DNA from: Patescibacteria group bacterium
GTDB taxonomy: Bacteria; Patescibacteriota; Patescibacteriia; Magasanikbacterales; GWA2-37-8
Reading direction: 5' to 3'
Assembly: GCA_041649475.1 (NCBI GenBank)
Contig: JBAZNA010000001.1
Coordinates: 197,022-261,021 of the forward strand
Length of the DNA: 64,000 nt
The notes under the pieces are model-generated. The model was not told the origin of the DNA, ran no database searches, and was given only the letters and a program-made list of their open reading frames with translations. Shown here piece after piece: positions 26,805-35,392 of the stretch (positions are counted from its first letter, which is position 1; every line of letters begins with the position of its first letter). The position numbers and the translations under genes are program-made.

Positions 26805-28337
26805 TTATTTTGCGTATTCCACCACTCTGGTTTCACGAATTATGGTTACTCTGATTTCTCCAGGATACTGTAATTCTTGCTCAATTTTACGGGCAATGTC
26901 CTTGGCTAATTGGAAGGCAGAGTAATCATCAATTTCGTTTGGTTTAACGAAGATCCGTATTTCTCGTCCGGCTTGGATGGCATACACCTTTTCAATTCCC
27001 GGGAAGGAGGTGGCTGTTTTCTCCAGTTCTTCCAAGCGAGCGATGAATTGTTCATAACTGTCTTTGCGGGCGCCGATTCTGGCGCCGGAAATTGCATCCG
27101 CGGCTTTGGCAATGCTGGCAAAGATATTGAATGTTTTATCCAGGTGATGAGTCAAAGCTGTTTGGGCAATGTCTTCATCCATATTGAATTTTTTGAGGAT
27201 CATGTTGCCGATTTCCGGGTGAGAGCCCTGGGTTTCCTGATCAACTGATTTGCCGATATCATGAAAGAAGCCGCATTTTTTTGCTCTGGCGGCGTCCAGT
27301 CCAAGTTCGCTCGCAATCAAGGATGACAAATATCCCACTTCCATTGAATGGTTCAAGATGTTTTGTCCGTAACTGGTTCTGTATTTTAAGCGTCCGACAA
27401 TGCCGACCAGTTTTGGATCAATGCCGGTGATACCCATTTTATATAGGGCTTCTTCACCGGCTTTCTTTATATCAATGGCCAAATCCTGTTTGGCTTTTTC
27501 AATAAATTCTTCAATGCGGGCCGGCTGGATTCTGCCGTCGGCCATTAATTTTTCCAAAGCCAGTTTGGCAATTTGGCGTCTGATCGGGGAGAAGCCGGAA
27601 ACCATGATCGCGTCCGGAGTGTCGTCAATGATAAGTTCACAGCCGGTTAGTTTTTCAATGGTTTTAATGTTGCGGCCTTCTTTGCCGATGATGCGCCCCT
27701 TCATTTCCTCGCTGGGCAAGGACACGGTGGTTGAAGTGATTTCAGCCGCGTGCGAAGAGGCACAGCGCTGAATGGCTTCACCGATAATAGTGCGCGCCTT
27801 TTCTTCAAAGACCTCGCCGGATTCTTTTTCCAGTTTCATGATGCGGGCGGCCAAATCATTTTTACTTTCCTCTTCCACCCTAACTAAGAGTTCGGTCTTG
27901 GCTTCGTCTCTGGTCAGTCCGGCAATGCCCTGCAGTTTTTCAATTTCCTGATCGCGCATTTTTTCCAAATCCTGCTTGATTTGCTGGACTTTTTCCACTT
28001 TTTCCTGGAGTTTTTGCTGTTTGTCCTGGAATTCTAAAAGTTTCTGGTCAAACATATTTTCACGTTTTTCCAGACGCTGTTGCACGCTGTGCAATTCCTG
28101 GCGCAATTGTTTTTCTTCCCGTTTGGCTTCATCAATTATCTGCGCGCCTTTTTCTTTGGCTTGCAGGATGAATTCCTGCTGTTTGGTCTTGGCTTCGTTT
28201 AAAAGCTTTTCGGCTTTGGCTTCAATAGAGTTGGCCTGGGCCTGGGCTATTTTTTTACGTAAAATATACCCCAGCAAGAAGGCTATACCGACGCCGACCA
28301 GGGTGATGATCGCCCAGGTAAAATTAGTTAAATGCAT
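26805..28337 (-). CDS. rny: ribonuclease Y
   Basis: N-terminal transmembrane helix, a coiled-coil region, a KH domain (GRIIGKEGRNIKTIE) and an HD domain (FFHDIGK), 510 aa. Confidence 0.85.
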   Translation of the reverse strand: MHLTNFTWAIITLVGVGIAFLLGYILRKKIAQAQANSIEAKAEKLLNEAKTKQQEFILQAKEKGAQIIDEAKREEKQLRQELHSVQQRLEKRENMFDQKLLEFQDKQQKLQEKVEKVQQIKQDLEKMRDQEIEKLQGIAGLTRDEAKTELLVRVEEESKNDLAARIMKLEKESGEVFEEKARTIIGEAIQRCASSHAAEITSTTVSLPSEEMKGRIIGKEGRNIKTIEKLTGCELIIDDTPDAIMVSGFSPIRRQIAKLALEKLMADGRIQPARIEEFIEKAKQDLAIDIKKAGEEALYKMGITGIDPKLVGIVGRLKYRTSYGQNILNHSMEVGYLSSLIASELGLDAARAKKCGFFHDIGKSVDQETQGSHPEIGNMILKKFNMDEDIAQTALTHHLDKTFNIFASIAKAADAISGARIGARKDSYEQFIARLEELEKTATSFPGIEKVYAIQAGREIRIFVKPNEIDDYSAFQLAKDIARKIEQELQYPGEIRVTIIRETRVVEYAK

Positions 28338-28587
28338 AAAAACCTCAAGATTTTGAGGGCGTTATTCAATTGAAGAAGAGTAGCTTTAGATAAGCACAAA
28401 AACACCGGTCAAATCCATCTGATTTGCCCCGGAAAAGTGTTTGTTTAGGTGTTTATTTAGCATAAAGTTGACAATTCGGTTCGGTCTTAACTCTGCGAGT
28501 CAGCTTTCTTCTTAACTATTTAGAATAACGACTCAAAAATCAATTAATTATTTAGTGACTCTACTATAGCACTAAAGAGGTGTTTTG

Positions 28588-28797
28588 TCAATTGTTTCTG
28601 CCTTTGCCCCAGATTTTCCATTCCCAGACCCCTCTGTTTTCTTTTGGTTCTTCCGGCGAATTTTCACGTCTTTCTTCCTCAATGATAGGCATTTCCTCAT
28701 CATATATTCTTGGCCTCTCTTTTTCTCTCTCTTGCTCTTCGCGTCTCCTTATCTCTTCAATAATTAAATCATCCAGCGGACTAAGTTTTTTAGCCAT
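28588..28797 (-). CDS. putative small highly charged protein (69 aa)
   Basis: ORF starting 4 nt after the truB stop codon. It is extremely Glu/Arg-rich. No ribosome-binding site is evident, and it is supported only by its position. Confidence 0.3.
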   Translation of the reverse strand: MAKKLSPLDDLIIEEIRRREEQEREKERPRIYDEEMPIIEEERRENSPEEPKENRGVWEWKIWGKGRNN

Positions 28798-28801
28798 AAA
28801 A

Positions 28802-29440
28802 TTATGTTAAATTTATTGCGTTTTTTAAATAGTTTTCACCAATAGCCGTCCGTTCCAGTTCCTCGCAGTAAGCGCCAATGCCGAGTTTTTCGCCAATATC
28901 ATTGGCCAGGGAACGGATGTAGGTGCCTGTAGAGCATTTTACCTCAATTTTTAGAATTGGCCAAGAGTAGTCAAGCAGGTTGATTTCGTAAATTTCAATT
29001 TCGTTGGGCTGACGTTCAATTGTTTTGCCCTGTCTGGCCAGTTTATACAAACGCTGGCCGTTGATTTTTTTGGCTGAAAACATCGGCGGGGTTTGCAATT
29101 GTTTGCCGATAAAAGATTTTAAAATTGATGAGATGGTTTTTTTATCTGGAATTTTGGTTGGGTCTTTGGTTGGGTTTTGGTATTCGGAAATTTTGCCGGT
29201 CTTGTCATAAGTGTCAGAGGTTGCACCGAGTTTAATGGTGGCAATATATGTTTTCGGCAATTGTTTGAATTCATCCAATTTTTTAGTGCAGTCGCGGCCG
29301 ACGCCGACAATCAAAAGACCGGTCGCGAACGGATCAAGGGTGCCGGCATGACCAACTTTGATTTTTTTGTCGGTCCGGATATGCGCCACTACATCATGAC
29401 TGGTCCAGCCGGCGGGTTTGTTGATAAATAGAAATGGCAT
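28802..29440 (-). CDS. truB: tRNA pseudouridine(55) synthase TruB
   Basis: Catalytic-Asp motif region (GHAGTLDPFATGLLIVGVG), 212 aa. Confidence 0.85.
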   Translation of the reverse strand: MPFLFINKPAGWTSHDVVAHIRTDKKIKVGHAGTLDPFATGLLIVGVGRDCTKKLDEFKQLPKTYIATIKLGATSDTYDKTGKISEYQNPTKDPTKIPDKKTISSILKSFIGKQLQTPPMFSAKKINGQRLYKLARQGKTIERQPNEIEIYEINLLDYSWPILKIEVKCSTGTYIRSLANDIGEKLGIGAYCEELERTAIGENYLKNAINLT

Positions 29441-29471
29441 ACTATCCCTGCATTATAAACATAATTTTAAA

Positions 29472-29502
29472 ATAAAAAAAGAGCTTCCCTGGGGAGGGAA
29501 GT
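29472..29502 (-). terminator. intrinsic terminator downstream of cassette E (cttccctccccagggaag + T7)
   Basis: Reverse strand: cttccctccccagggaagctcttttttt. Confidence 0.65.
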
Positions 29503-29580
29503 TCAGTGGGGGTTGGCTCCGGTGTGATCGCCTGATGGCGAATTGGAGCACGGTAGGAAAGAGCAGGGCGGGGCGGCTGG

Positions 29581-29922
29581 CTAGCCGGCGGCGGAAGCGG
29601 CGATGGGGGCGATCTTGGGCTGGATGTCGATCACGGGGATCGGCTCGGGCAGACCGTCGAAGCGCTGGCGGAGCCAGTCGATCTCGGGCTCCGAGGCCTC
29701 GCCCATGAAGATCTCGATGTAGAACGTCCCCCTGATGAGGCCCTCGTACTTCAGCTTGAAGCCGGGGATCTCGTCGTCGAAGTCGGCCTTGTGCGGCCTG
29801 TTGACGTACCTGTTGAAGTCGTTGAGCGAGCAGTACCTGACGCTGCCGTCCACGAACTGGATCCGTACGGCCCTTGTCTGCAAGGTCGTGTCCGGGAACG
29901 TCATCAGCTTCTGGATCGGCAT
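29581..29922 (-). CDS. hypothetical protein, GC-rich cassette E (113 aa from MPIQKL)
   Basis: Start chosen at the methionine preceded by AAGGAGagggag. The ORF-track ORF extends to 29994 with an Arg-rich low-complexity N-terminus that is probably untranslated leader. The coding sequence is GC-rich, and both its 5' leader (about 105 nt) and its 3' UTR (about 90 nt) are long and GC-rich. Confidence 0.5.
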   Translation of the reverse strand: MPIQKLMTFPDTTLQTRAVRIQFVDGSVRYCSLNDFNRYVNRPHKADFDDEIPGFKLKYEGLIRGTFYIEIFMGEASEPEIDWLRQRFDGLPEPIPVIDIQPKIAPIAASAAG

Positions 29923-30037
29923 CTCCCTCTCCTTGGGACTACGAGCTCGTGTGACCATCTTGTTATGCCTCCCTTGTTTCCGTGTTGGGCCCAATGCCCC
30001 TAAACTTGTTGGCCTTGTCCAGGCCGTGATGGGCTAA

Positions 30038-30066
30038 ATGGTATCACAATAATACGATTATGTCAA
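30038..30066 (-). promoter_or_regulatory. candidate promoter TTGACA -17- TACCAT for cassette E
   Basis: Reverse strand: ttgaca taatcgtattattgtga taccat. The -10 element is weak. Confidence 0.35.
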
Positions 30067-30082
30067 GAAGAATGGCCAAAAA

Positions 30083-30111
30083 TTGACTAAATGCCAAGAT
30101 AAAGATATAAT
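30083..30111 (+). promoter_or_regulatory. consensus sigma70 promoter TTGACT -17- TATAAT for infB
   Basis: ttgact aaatgccaagataaaga tataat, lying 20 nt upstream of the infB ATG region. Confidence 0.6.
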
Positions 30112-30131
30112 ATAGTGTAATTAAATTAGGT

Positions 30132-32156
30132 ATGAATGTCAGTGAATTAGCCAGACAATTACGCGTACATCCGCAGAAACTCCTGCAAATTTTGCCCGAG
30201 TTCGGTTTTGATATTGGTGCGAAAGCAGTGAAGATTGACGACCGTGTAGCCCAACAGATTCAGCGCGATTGGCGAAAAATCAAATATATTATTGATGAAA
30301 GAGAACGCAAGGAGAAAGAAAAGCAGAAGGAACTGGAGAAAGAAGCCAGAAAAAGCACAGGCACTTCTGTGGCCATACCGCAAAAATTGACTGTCCGCGA
30401 ACTGGCTGATGCTTTGCAAATGCCGCCGACAAAACTGATAATGGAACTGATGAAAAATGGCATTCTGGCCACGCAAAATGAAAACATTGATCATGACACA
30501 GCCATGCTTATTGCCCAGGAATTTGGTTTTACCGTGACGGAAAAAACCGAAGACAACCACAAAGAAGACACCCATGTTCAGAATTTGGAAAATATTTTAA
30601 CCAGCGATGCGAGCGGTGAGAACAAAATTGCGCGTCCGCCGGTGGTGGTGGTTATGGGTCATGTTGATCATGGAAAAACAAAATTATTGGACGCGATCAG
30701 AAGCACGAACGTAGTTGATTCCGAGGCCGGAGGCATCACCCAGCATATTGGCGCCTATCAGGTTGTCTGGACCAATCCAAAAACCAAAGAAAAAACTCCG
30801 CTGACATTTATTGACACCCCGGGTCATGAGGCCTTTACGGTCATGCGCAGCCGCGGCGCCAAAGTGGCGGACATTGCCATATTGGTGGTGGCCGCCGATG
30901 ACAGCGTGAAGCCACAAACCATTGAAGCGATAAATATAATGAAGGCGGCCAAACTGTCAATCGTGGTGGCCATTAATAAAATAGATAAAGAAGGCGCTGA
31001 TCCGCAAAAAGTGCGGGTTGATTTGTCTCAACATAATATTATCTCCGAAGAATGGGGCGGCGATGTGCCGATGGTTGAGATTTCCGCCAAGCAGAAATTA
31101 AATATTGATAAATTATTGGATGTTTTACTCTTGGTTGCGGATTTGCATGCCGATGAAATAAAAGCTAACCCGGACAGATCGGCGGCCGGAACCGTGATTG
31201 AGGCCCACGTTGATAAGGGCGAGGGGCCGGTGGCCACAATCTTGGTGCAAACCGGAACTTTAAAAATCAATGATCCGTTGGTGGTAAACGGTGAAATTTA
31301 CGGAAAAGTTAAGGCCATGAGAAATTATAAAGGCGATATTTTGGAAACCGCCGGACCAAGCAACCCGGTTCGTATCCTAGGATTTAAAGTGGCCCCGCAA
31401 GTCGGAGATGTTTTGGATGTCGGCAGTTTTGAAACCGCCACTAACATAAACATAAAAGAAAAAAGATCAAAACAATCCGGAGCCGAACAAGGTTCCGCGT
31501 CCACAGTAGAGGTCACTGCCGAAGGCGAAGAGAAAAAGTTTTTGAATTTGGTGATTAAGGCGGATACTTTGGGGTCGCTTGAAGCCATCATTGGATCACT
31601 GGAAAAAATTAAGAATGACGAAGTGGGCGTGAAGGTAGTGGGGAAGGGTTTGGGCAATATTACCGCCGATGATGTGGCCAAAGCCGAAGCCGCGGGCGGA
31701 ATTATTTGCGGTTTTAATGTCGTGGCTATGCCTAACGCGCAAACCATGATTGCCGACAAAAACATCAGCTTCATGCAATACAAAATTATTTATGATTTGC
31801 TGGATTATATTAAAGAGGAGCTGCAAAAAATGTTAAATCCTGAAAAAATAATAACGGAGCTGGGCGCGGTAAAAATCATAGCTGTTTTTAGAACCGAGAA
31901 AAATTACATGATTGTTGGCGGTCGCGTAACATCCGGCAAACTTCGTAAAGATTGTTTGGTCAAGGTGATACGAAAAGGCGAAGCGGTTGGCGAGGGTAAA
32001 TTATCTCAATTACAAATTGCCAAACAGACGGTAAATGAGGTTGCTGAAGGCAATGAATGCGGAATGCAGTTTGACGGCAAATTACGACTGGAAGCTGGGG
32101 ATGTTTTGGAGGCCTATAAAGAAGAAATCAAAGAGAAAAAATTAATTTTAAATTAA
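30132..32156 (+). CDS. infB: translation initiation factor IF-2
   Basis: G domain (GHVDHGKTKLLDAIR, DTPGHEAF, NKID) followed by the beta-barrel C-terminal domains, 674 aa. Confidence 0.9.
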   Translation: MNVSELARQLRVHPQKLLQILPEFGFDIGAKAVKIDDRVAQQIQRDWRKIKYIIDERERKEKEKQKELEKEARKSTGTSVAIPQKLTVRELADALQMPPTKLIMELMKNGILATQNENIDHDTAMLIAQEFGFTVTEKTEDNHKEDTHVQNLENILTSDASGENKIARPPVVVVMGHVDHGKTKLLDAIRSTNVVDSEAGGITQHIGAYQVVWTNPKTKEKTPLTFIDTPGHEAFTVMRSRGAKVADIAILVVAADDSVKPQTIEAINIMKAAKLSIVVAINKIDKEGADPQKVRVDLSQHNIISEEWGGDVPMVEISAKQKLNIDKLLDVLLLVADLHADEIKANPDRSAAGTVIEAHVDKGEGPVATILVQTGTLKINDPLVVNGEIYGKVKAMRNYKGDILETAGPSNPVRILGFKVAPQVGDVLDVGSFETATNINIKEKRSKQSGAEQGSASTVEVTAEGEEKKFLNLVIKADTLGSLEAIIGSLEKIKNDEVGVKVVGKGLGNITADDVAKAEAAGGIICGFNVVAMPNAQTMIADKNISFMQYKIIYDLLDYIKEELQKMLNPEKIITELGAVKIIAVFRTEKNYMIVGGRVTSGKLRKDCLVKVIRKGEAVGEGKLSQLQIAKQTVNEVAEGNECGMQFDGKLRLEAGDVLEAYKEEIKEKKLILN

Positions 32157-32163
32157 TCTTCAT

Positions 32164-32487
32164 ATGGAGTACGTTTTTAATCAGGCAAATTTTAATGAGG
32201 AGGTTTTACGGTCAAAGGAGCCGGTGTTCGTGGATTTCTGGGCGCCCTGGTGCGGACCTTGCCAGACCATGGGACCGATGGTGGAAGAATTGGCCAAAGA
32301 ATTTGACGGAAAAAATATAAAAATCGGCAAATGCAATGTTGATGAAAACGGCGATATCGCCATGCAGTATAATATAATGAGCATCCCTTCATTTATTGTT
32401 TTTAAAGACGGACAGGTGGTTGATCAGATTGTCGGGGGAGTACAAAAAGAGAAGTTGAAGGAAATGATAGAAAAACAGGTGGGCTAA
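32164..32487 (+). CDS. trxA: thioredoxin
   Basis: 107 aa carrying the WAPWCGPC active-site motif. Confidence 0.85.
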   Translation: MEYVFNQANFNEEVLRSKEPVFVDFWAPWCGPCQTMGPMVEELAKEFDGKNIKIGKCNVDENGDIAMQYNIMSIPSFIVFKDGQVVDQIVGGVQKEKLKEMIEKQVG

Positions 32488-32502
32488 AACTTTTACTAAA
32501 AC

Positions 32503-32603
32503 AAAAGAGGGGCATCAGTTGTCTTTGAGCGGGTTTGAGCGCCGCAGCGCTCACCCTGAGCCTCGCGGCGAGGAAAGCGAAAAGATAACTGATGCCCCTT
32601 TTG
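32503..32603 (+). other. trxA terminator hairpin containing a nested GC-rich structured core of about 67 nt
   Basis: The outer stem gaggggcatcagtt / aactgatgcccc is flanked by aaaa and tttt. Its loop contains GC-rich sub-hairpins (tgagcgccgcagcgctca; cctcg-cgg-cgagg). It is not a tRNA: the acceptor-like stem is present but there is no D-arm or T-arm. Confidence 0.4.
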
Positions 32604-32660
32604 TTATAGTTTGATTTTTTCCATAGGATTAGGTAAAATGAATATTGGCTCTACAGTATT

Positions 32661-34979
32661 ATGCAAAAATATAATCCTAAGAAAATTGAGAAAAAATGGC
32701 AGAAGTTTTGGGAAGAAAACAAGACCTTTGAGGTTGCTGAAGAAAAAGCCAAGAATAAATTTTATGCCTTGATTGAGTTTCCGTATCCGAGCGGAGAGGG
32801 TTTGCATGTCGGCCATCCGCGGCCATTTACGGCCATGGATGTGATTGCGCGCAAAAAGAGAATGGAAGGTTTTAATGTTTTGTATCCGATCGGTTTTGAT
32901 TCATTTGGTTTGCCGACGGAAAATTATGCCATAAAGACCGGGAAAGCGCCGCAGGAGGTAACTGAAAAAAATATTGCCAATTTTACGCGCCAGTTAAAAA
33001 TGCTGGGCTACAGTTTTGATTGGTCGCGCGTGATTAATACCTCTGATCCAGAATATTATAAATGGACGCAGTGGCAATTTTTACAATTTTTTAAACACGG
33101 CTTGGCTTATAAAAAGAAAATAGCTATCAATTGGTGTCCGAAAGACAAAATCGGTCTGGCTAATGAAGAAGTGGTTGACGGCAAGTGCGAGCGGTGCGGT
33201 ACGCCGGTTGAAAAAAGGGATAAAGAGCAGTGGATGCTGGCCATCAGAAAATACGCGGATAAATTGTTGGCCGGTTTGAAGGATGTTGATTATATTGAAC
33301 GCGCAAAAATTCAACAGGAAAATTGGATTGGCCGGAGCGAAGGCGCGGAAGTGGATTTCAGTTTAAAAAAACATAAAGAAAAGATAAAAGTTTTTACCAC
33401 CCGGCCGGACACTTTGTTTGGCGCGACCTATATGGTTTTGTCGCCGGAGCATGAGTTGGTGCAGAAACTGAAACCGGAAATAAAAAATTGGAATAAAGTG
33501 GAAAAATATCTTGAAGAGGCCAAAAGAAAATCCGATCTGGAACGTACTGAATTGCAAAAAGAGAAAACTGGGGTTGAACTGCAGGGCATAAAGGCGATTA
33601 ACCCTGTTAATAATGAAGAGATTCCGGTTTGGGTGGCTGATTATGTTTTGACCAGCTATGGTACCGGCGCCATTATGGCCGTGCCGGCGCACGATGAAAG
33701 AGATAGAGAATTTGCGGAAAAGTTTAAGTTGGAAATCAGAGAGATGGTTCCCGAAAATATGGAAAAAATAATGAAATGGCTTGAAGAGAAAGGTGTTGGC
33801 AAGGCCGTTGTTAATTATAAACTTCGCGACTGGGTTTTTTCCCGACAAAGGTATTGGGGCGAGCCGATCCCATTGGTTTATTGTGAACATTGCGGCGGTT
33901 GGATTCCACTTCCCGAAGATCAGCTCCCACTAGAGCTTCCTAAAGTAAAAAAATACGAACCCACTGACACGGGCGAGTCGCCGCTCGCGGCCATGGAAAA
34001 ATGGGTGAACACCAAATGCCCAAAGTGCGGCGGTCCGGCGCGCCGGGAAACCGACACCATGCCCAATTGGGCCGGTTCCAGTTGGTATTTTTTAAGATAT
34101 TGCGATCCGCACAACGACCAAACATTTGCGGCGGCAGATAAATTGAGATATTGGATGCCGGTTGATTGGTATAACGGGGGCATGGAACACGTGGTTTTGC
34201 ATTTATTGTATTCAAGGTTTTGGAATCAGTTTTTATACGATATCGGCGAAGTACCCGCCAGCGAGCCGTATAAGAAACGCACTTCGCACGGTTTGATTTT
34301 AGCCAAAGGCGGCGAAAAAATGTCCAAATCAAAAGGCAATGTGATTAACCCGGATGAGATGGTTGAACAGTTCAGCGCCGACACCTTGCGCGCGTACATA
34401 ATGTTTATGGGTCCTTTTGATCAGGCGGTTGAGTGGGACACCAACGGCCTGGTGGGTGTGCAAAGATTTTTGGAAAAGGTTTGGCAGATGCAGGAAAAAT
34501 TAAGCGCCGAGTCATCGCCCAAACTGGTGGCTTTGCTTCATCAAACCATTGCCAAAGTTTCCGAAGACATTGACGGCATGAGATTTAACACGGCCATCGC
34601 CAAGATGATGGAACTGGTAAATGAAATGGTTGATCGTCAGGCGGTGTCAAAATCGGATTATGAAATTTTAATAAAATTATTATCACCGTTTGCTCCGCAT
34701 CTGGCCAATGAGATTTGGGAACTTTTGGGAAATAAATCCGATTTGGCTTTTGAACCATGGCCAAAATTCAATGCGGCACTGGCCAAAGACAGTGAATTTA
34801 CTTTGGCCGTGCAGGTGAACGGAAAATTGCGGGATGCAATTTTAGTTGATGCCGGAATCTCCGAAGCGGAGGCAAAACAAACCGCCTTAGCCAGCGAGAA
34901 AGTGCAAAAATGGCTGGAAGGAAAGAAACCTAAAAAAGTTATTTACGTCAAAGGCAAGTTAATTAGTATAGTTGTGTAA
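32661..34979 (+). CDS. leuS: leucine--tRNA ligase
   Basis: 772 aa carrying class I HIGH (HVGHP) and KMSKS motifs. Confidence 0.9.
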   Translation: MQKYNPKKIEKKWQKFWEENKTFEVAEEKAKNKFYALIEFPYPSGEGLHVGHPRPFTAMDVIARKKRMEGFNVLYPIGFDSFGLPTENYAIKTGKAPQEVTEKNIANFTRQLKMLGYSFDWSRVINTSDPEYYKWTQWQFLQFFKHGLAYKKKIAINWCPKDKIGLANEEVVDGKCERCGTPVEKRDKEQWMLAIRKYADKLLAGLKDVDYIERAKIQQENWIGRSEGAEVDFSLKKHKEKIKVFTTRPDTLFGATYMVLSPEHELVQKLKPEIKNWNKVEKYLEEAKRKSDLERTELQKEKTGVELQGIKAINPVNNEEIPVWVADYVLTSYGTGAIMAVPAHDERDREFAEKFKLEIREMVPENMEKIMKWLEEKGVGKAVVNYKLRDWVFSRQRYWGEPIPLVYCEHCGGWIPLPEDQLPLELPKVKKYEPTDTGESPLAAMEKWVNTKCPKCGGPARRETDTMPNWAGSSWYFLRYCDPHNDQTFAAADKLRYWMPVDWYNGGMEHVVLHLLYSRFWNQFLYDIGEVPASEPYKKRTSHGLILAKGGEKMSKSKGNVINPDEMVEQFSADTLRAYIMFMGPFDQAVEWDTNGLVGVQRFLEKVWQMQEKLSAESSPKLVALLHQTIAKVSEDIDGMRFNTAIAKMMELVNEMVDRQAVSKSDYEILIKLLSPFAPHLANEIWELLGNKSDLAFEPWPKFNAALAKDSEFTLAVQVNGKLRDAILVDAGISEAEAKQTALASEKVQKWLEGKKPKKVIYVKGKLISIVV

Positions 34980-34984
34980 TTATT

Positions 34985-35389
34985 ATGAATACAGAAATGG
35001 GTTCAGTAGAATCTATTCCAGGTGAAAATAGAAAAGATTTATCCTTAGGGATATCCGACCAGGCAGAAGCTAAGGACTACATTAATAAATTACTGGCGGG
35101 CGGGGTTAAGCCAAAAATTTCAGTGCCAAAGAGATTTTTGGAAAATGTTTTAAAGGAAGGTTCGCTTTCCGCAAAGAAATCATGGATACCAAAATTTTCA
35201 ATTTTAGTGGGGACCTTGAATATTGATCCATATTCATATAGCACAGATAAGGAAAGAGTGATATTTGAAGTGACTAATCCGGAAGTGCCGGTTGAACCGC
35301 GATTTACCGGCAAAGATAAAAAATTTCACGGAATAATATATTTTCCGGAAGGACACATTGATCTAAAAGATTTAAAGAGAGTTAATTAA
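34985..35389 (+). CDS. hypothetical protein
   Basis: 134 aa in host-like composition with no motif recognised. Confidence 0.4.
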   Translation: MNTEMGSVESIPGENRKDLSLGISDQAEAKDYINKLLAGGVKPKISVPKRFLENVLKEGSLSAKKSWIPKFSILVGTLNIDPYSYSTDKERVIFEVTNPEVPVEPRFTGKDKKFHGIIYFPEGHIDLKDLKRVN

Positions 35390-35392
35390 TTT

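Noticed and set aside
29418-30037. Arg-rich + strand ORFs (96 and 100 aa) and the N-terminal 24 codons of the 137-aa version of cassette E
   Set aside because: Low-complexity translations of GC-rich leader or antisense sequence. The AAGGAG ribosome-binding site supports the internal MPIQKL start instead.
32507-32599. Possible tRNA or tRNA-like element in the trxA-leuS spacer
   Set aside because: It has a 7-bp acceptor-like stem closing a structured core, but no D-arm, no anticodon arm and no T-arm GTTCRANYC. At about 93 nt it is too long. It is kept as an unclassified structured element instead.
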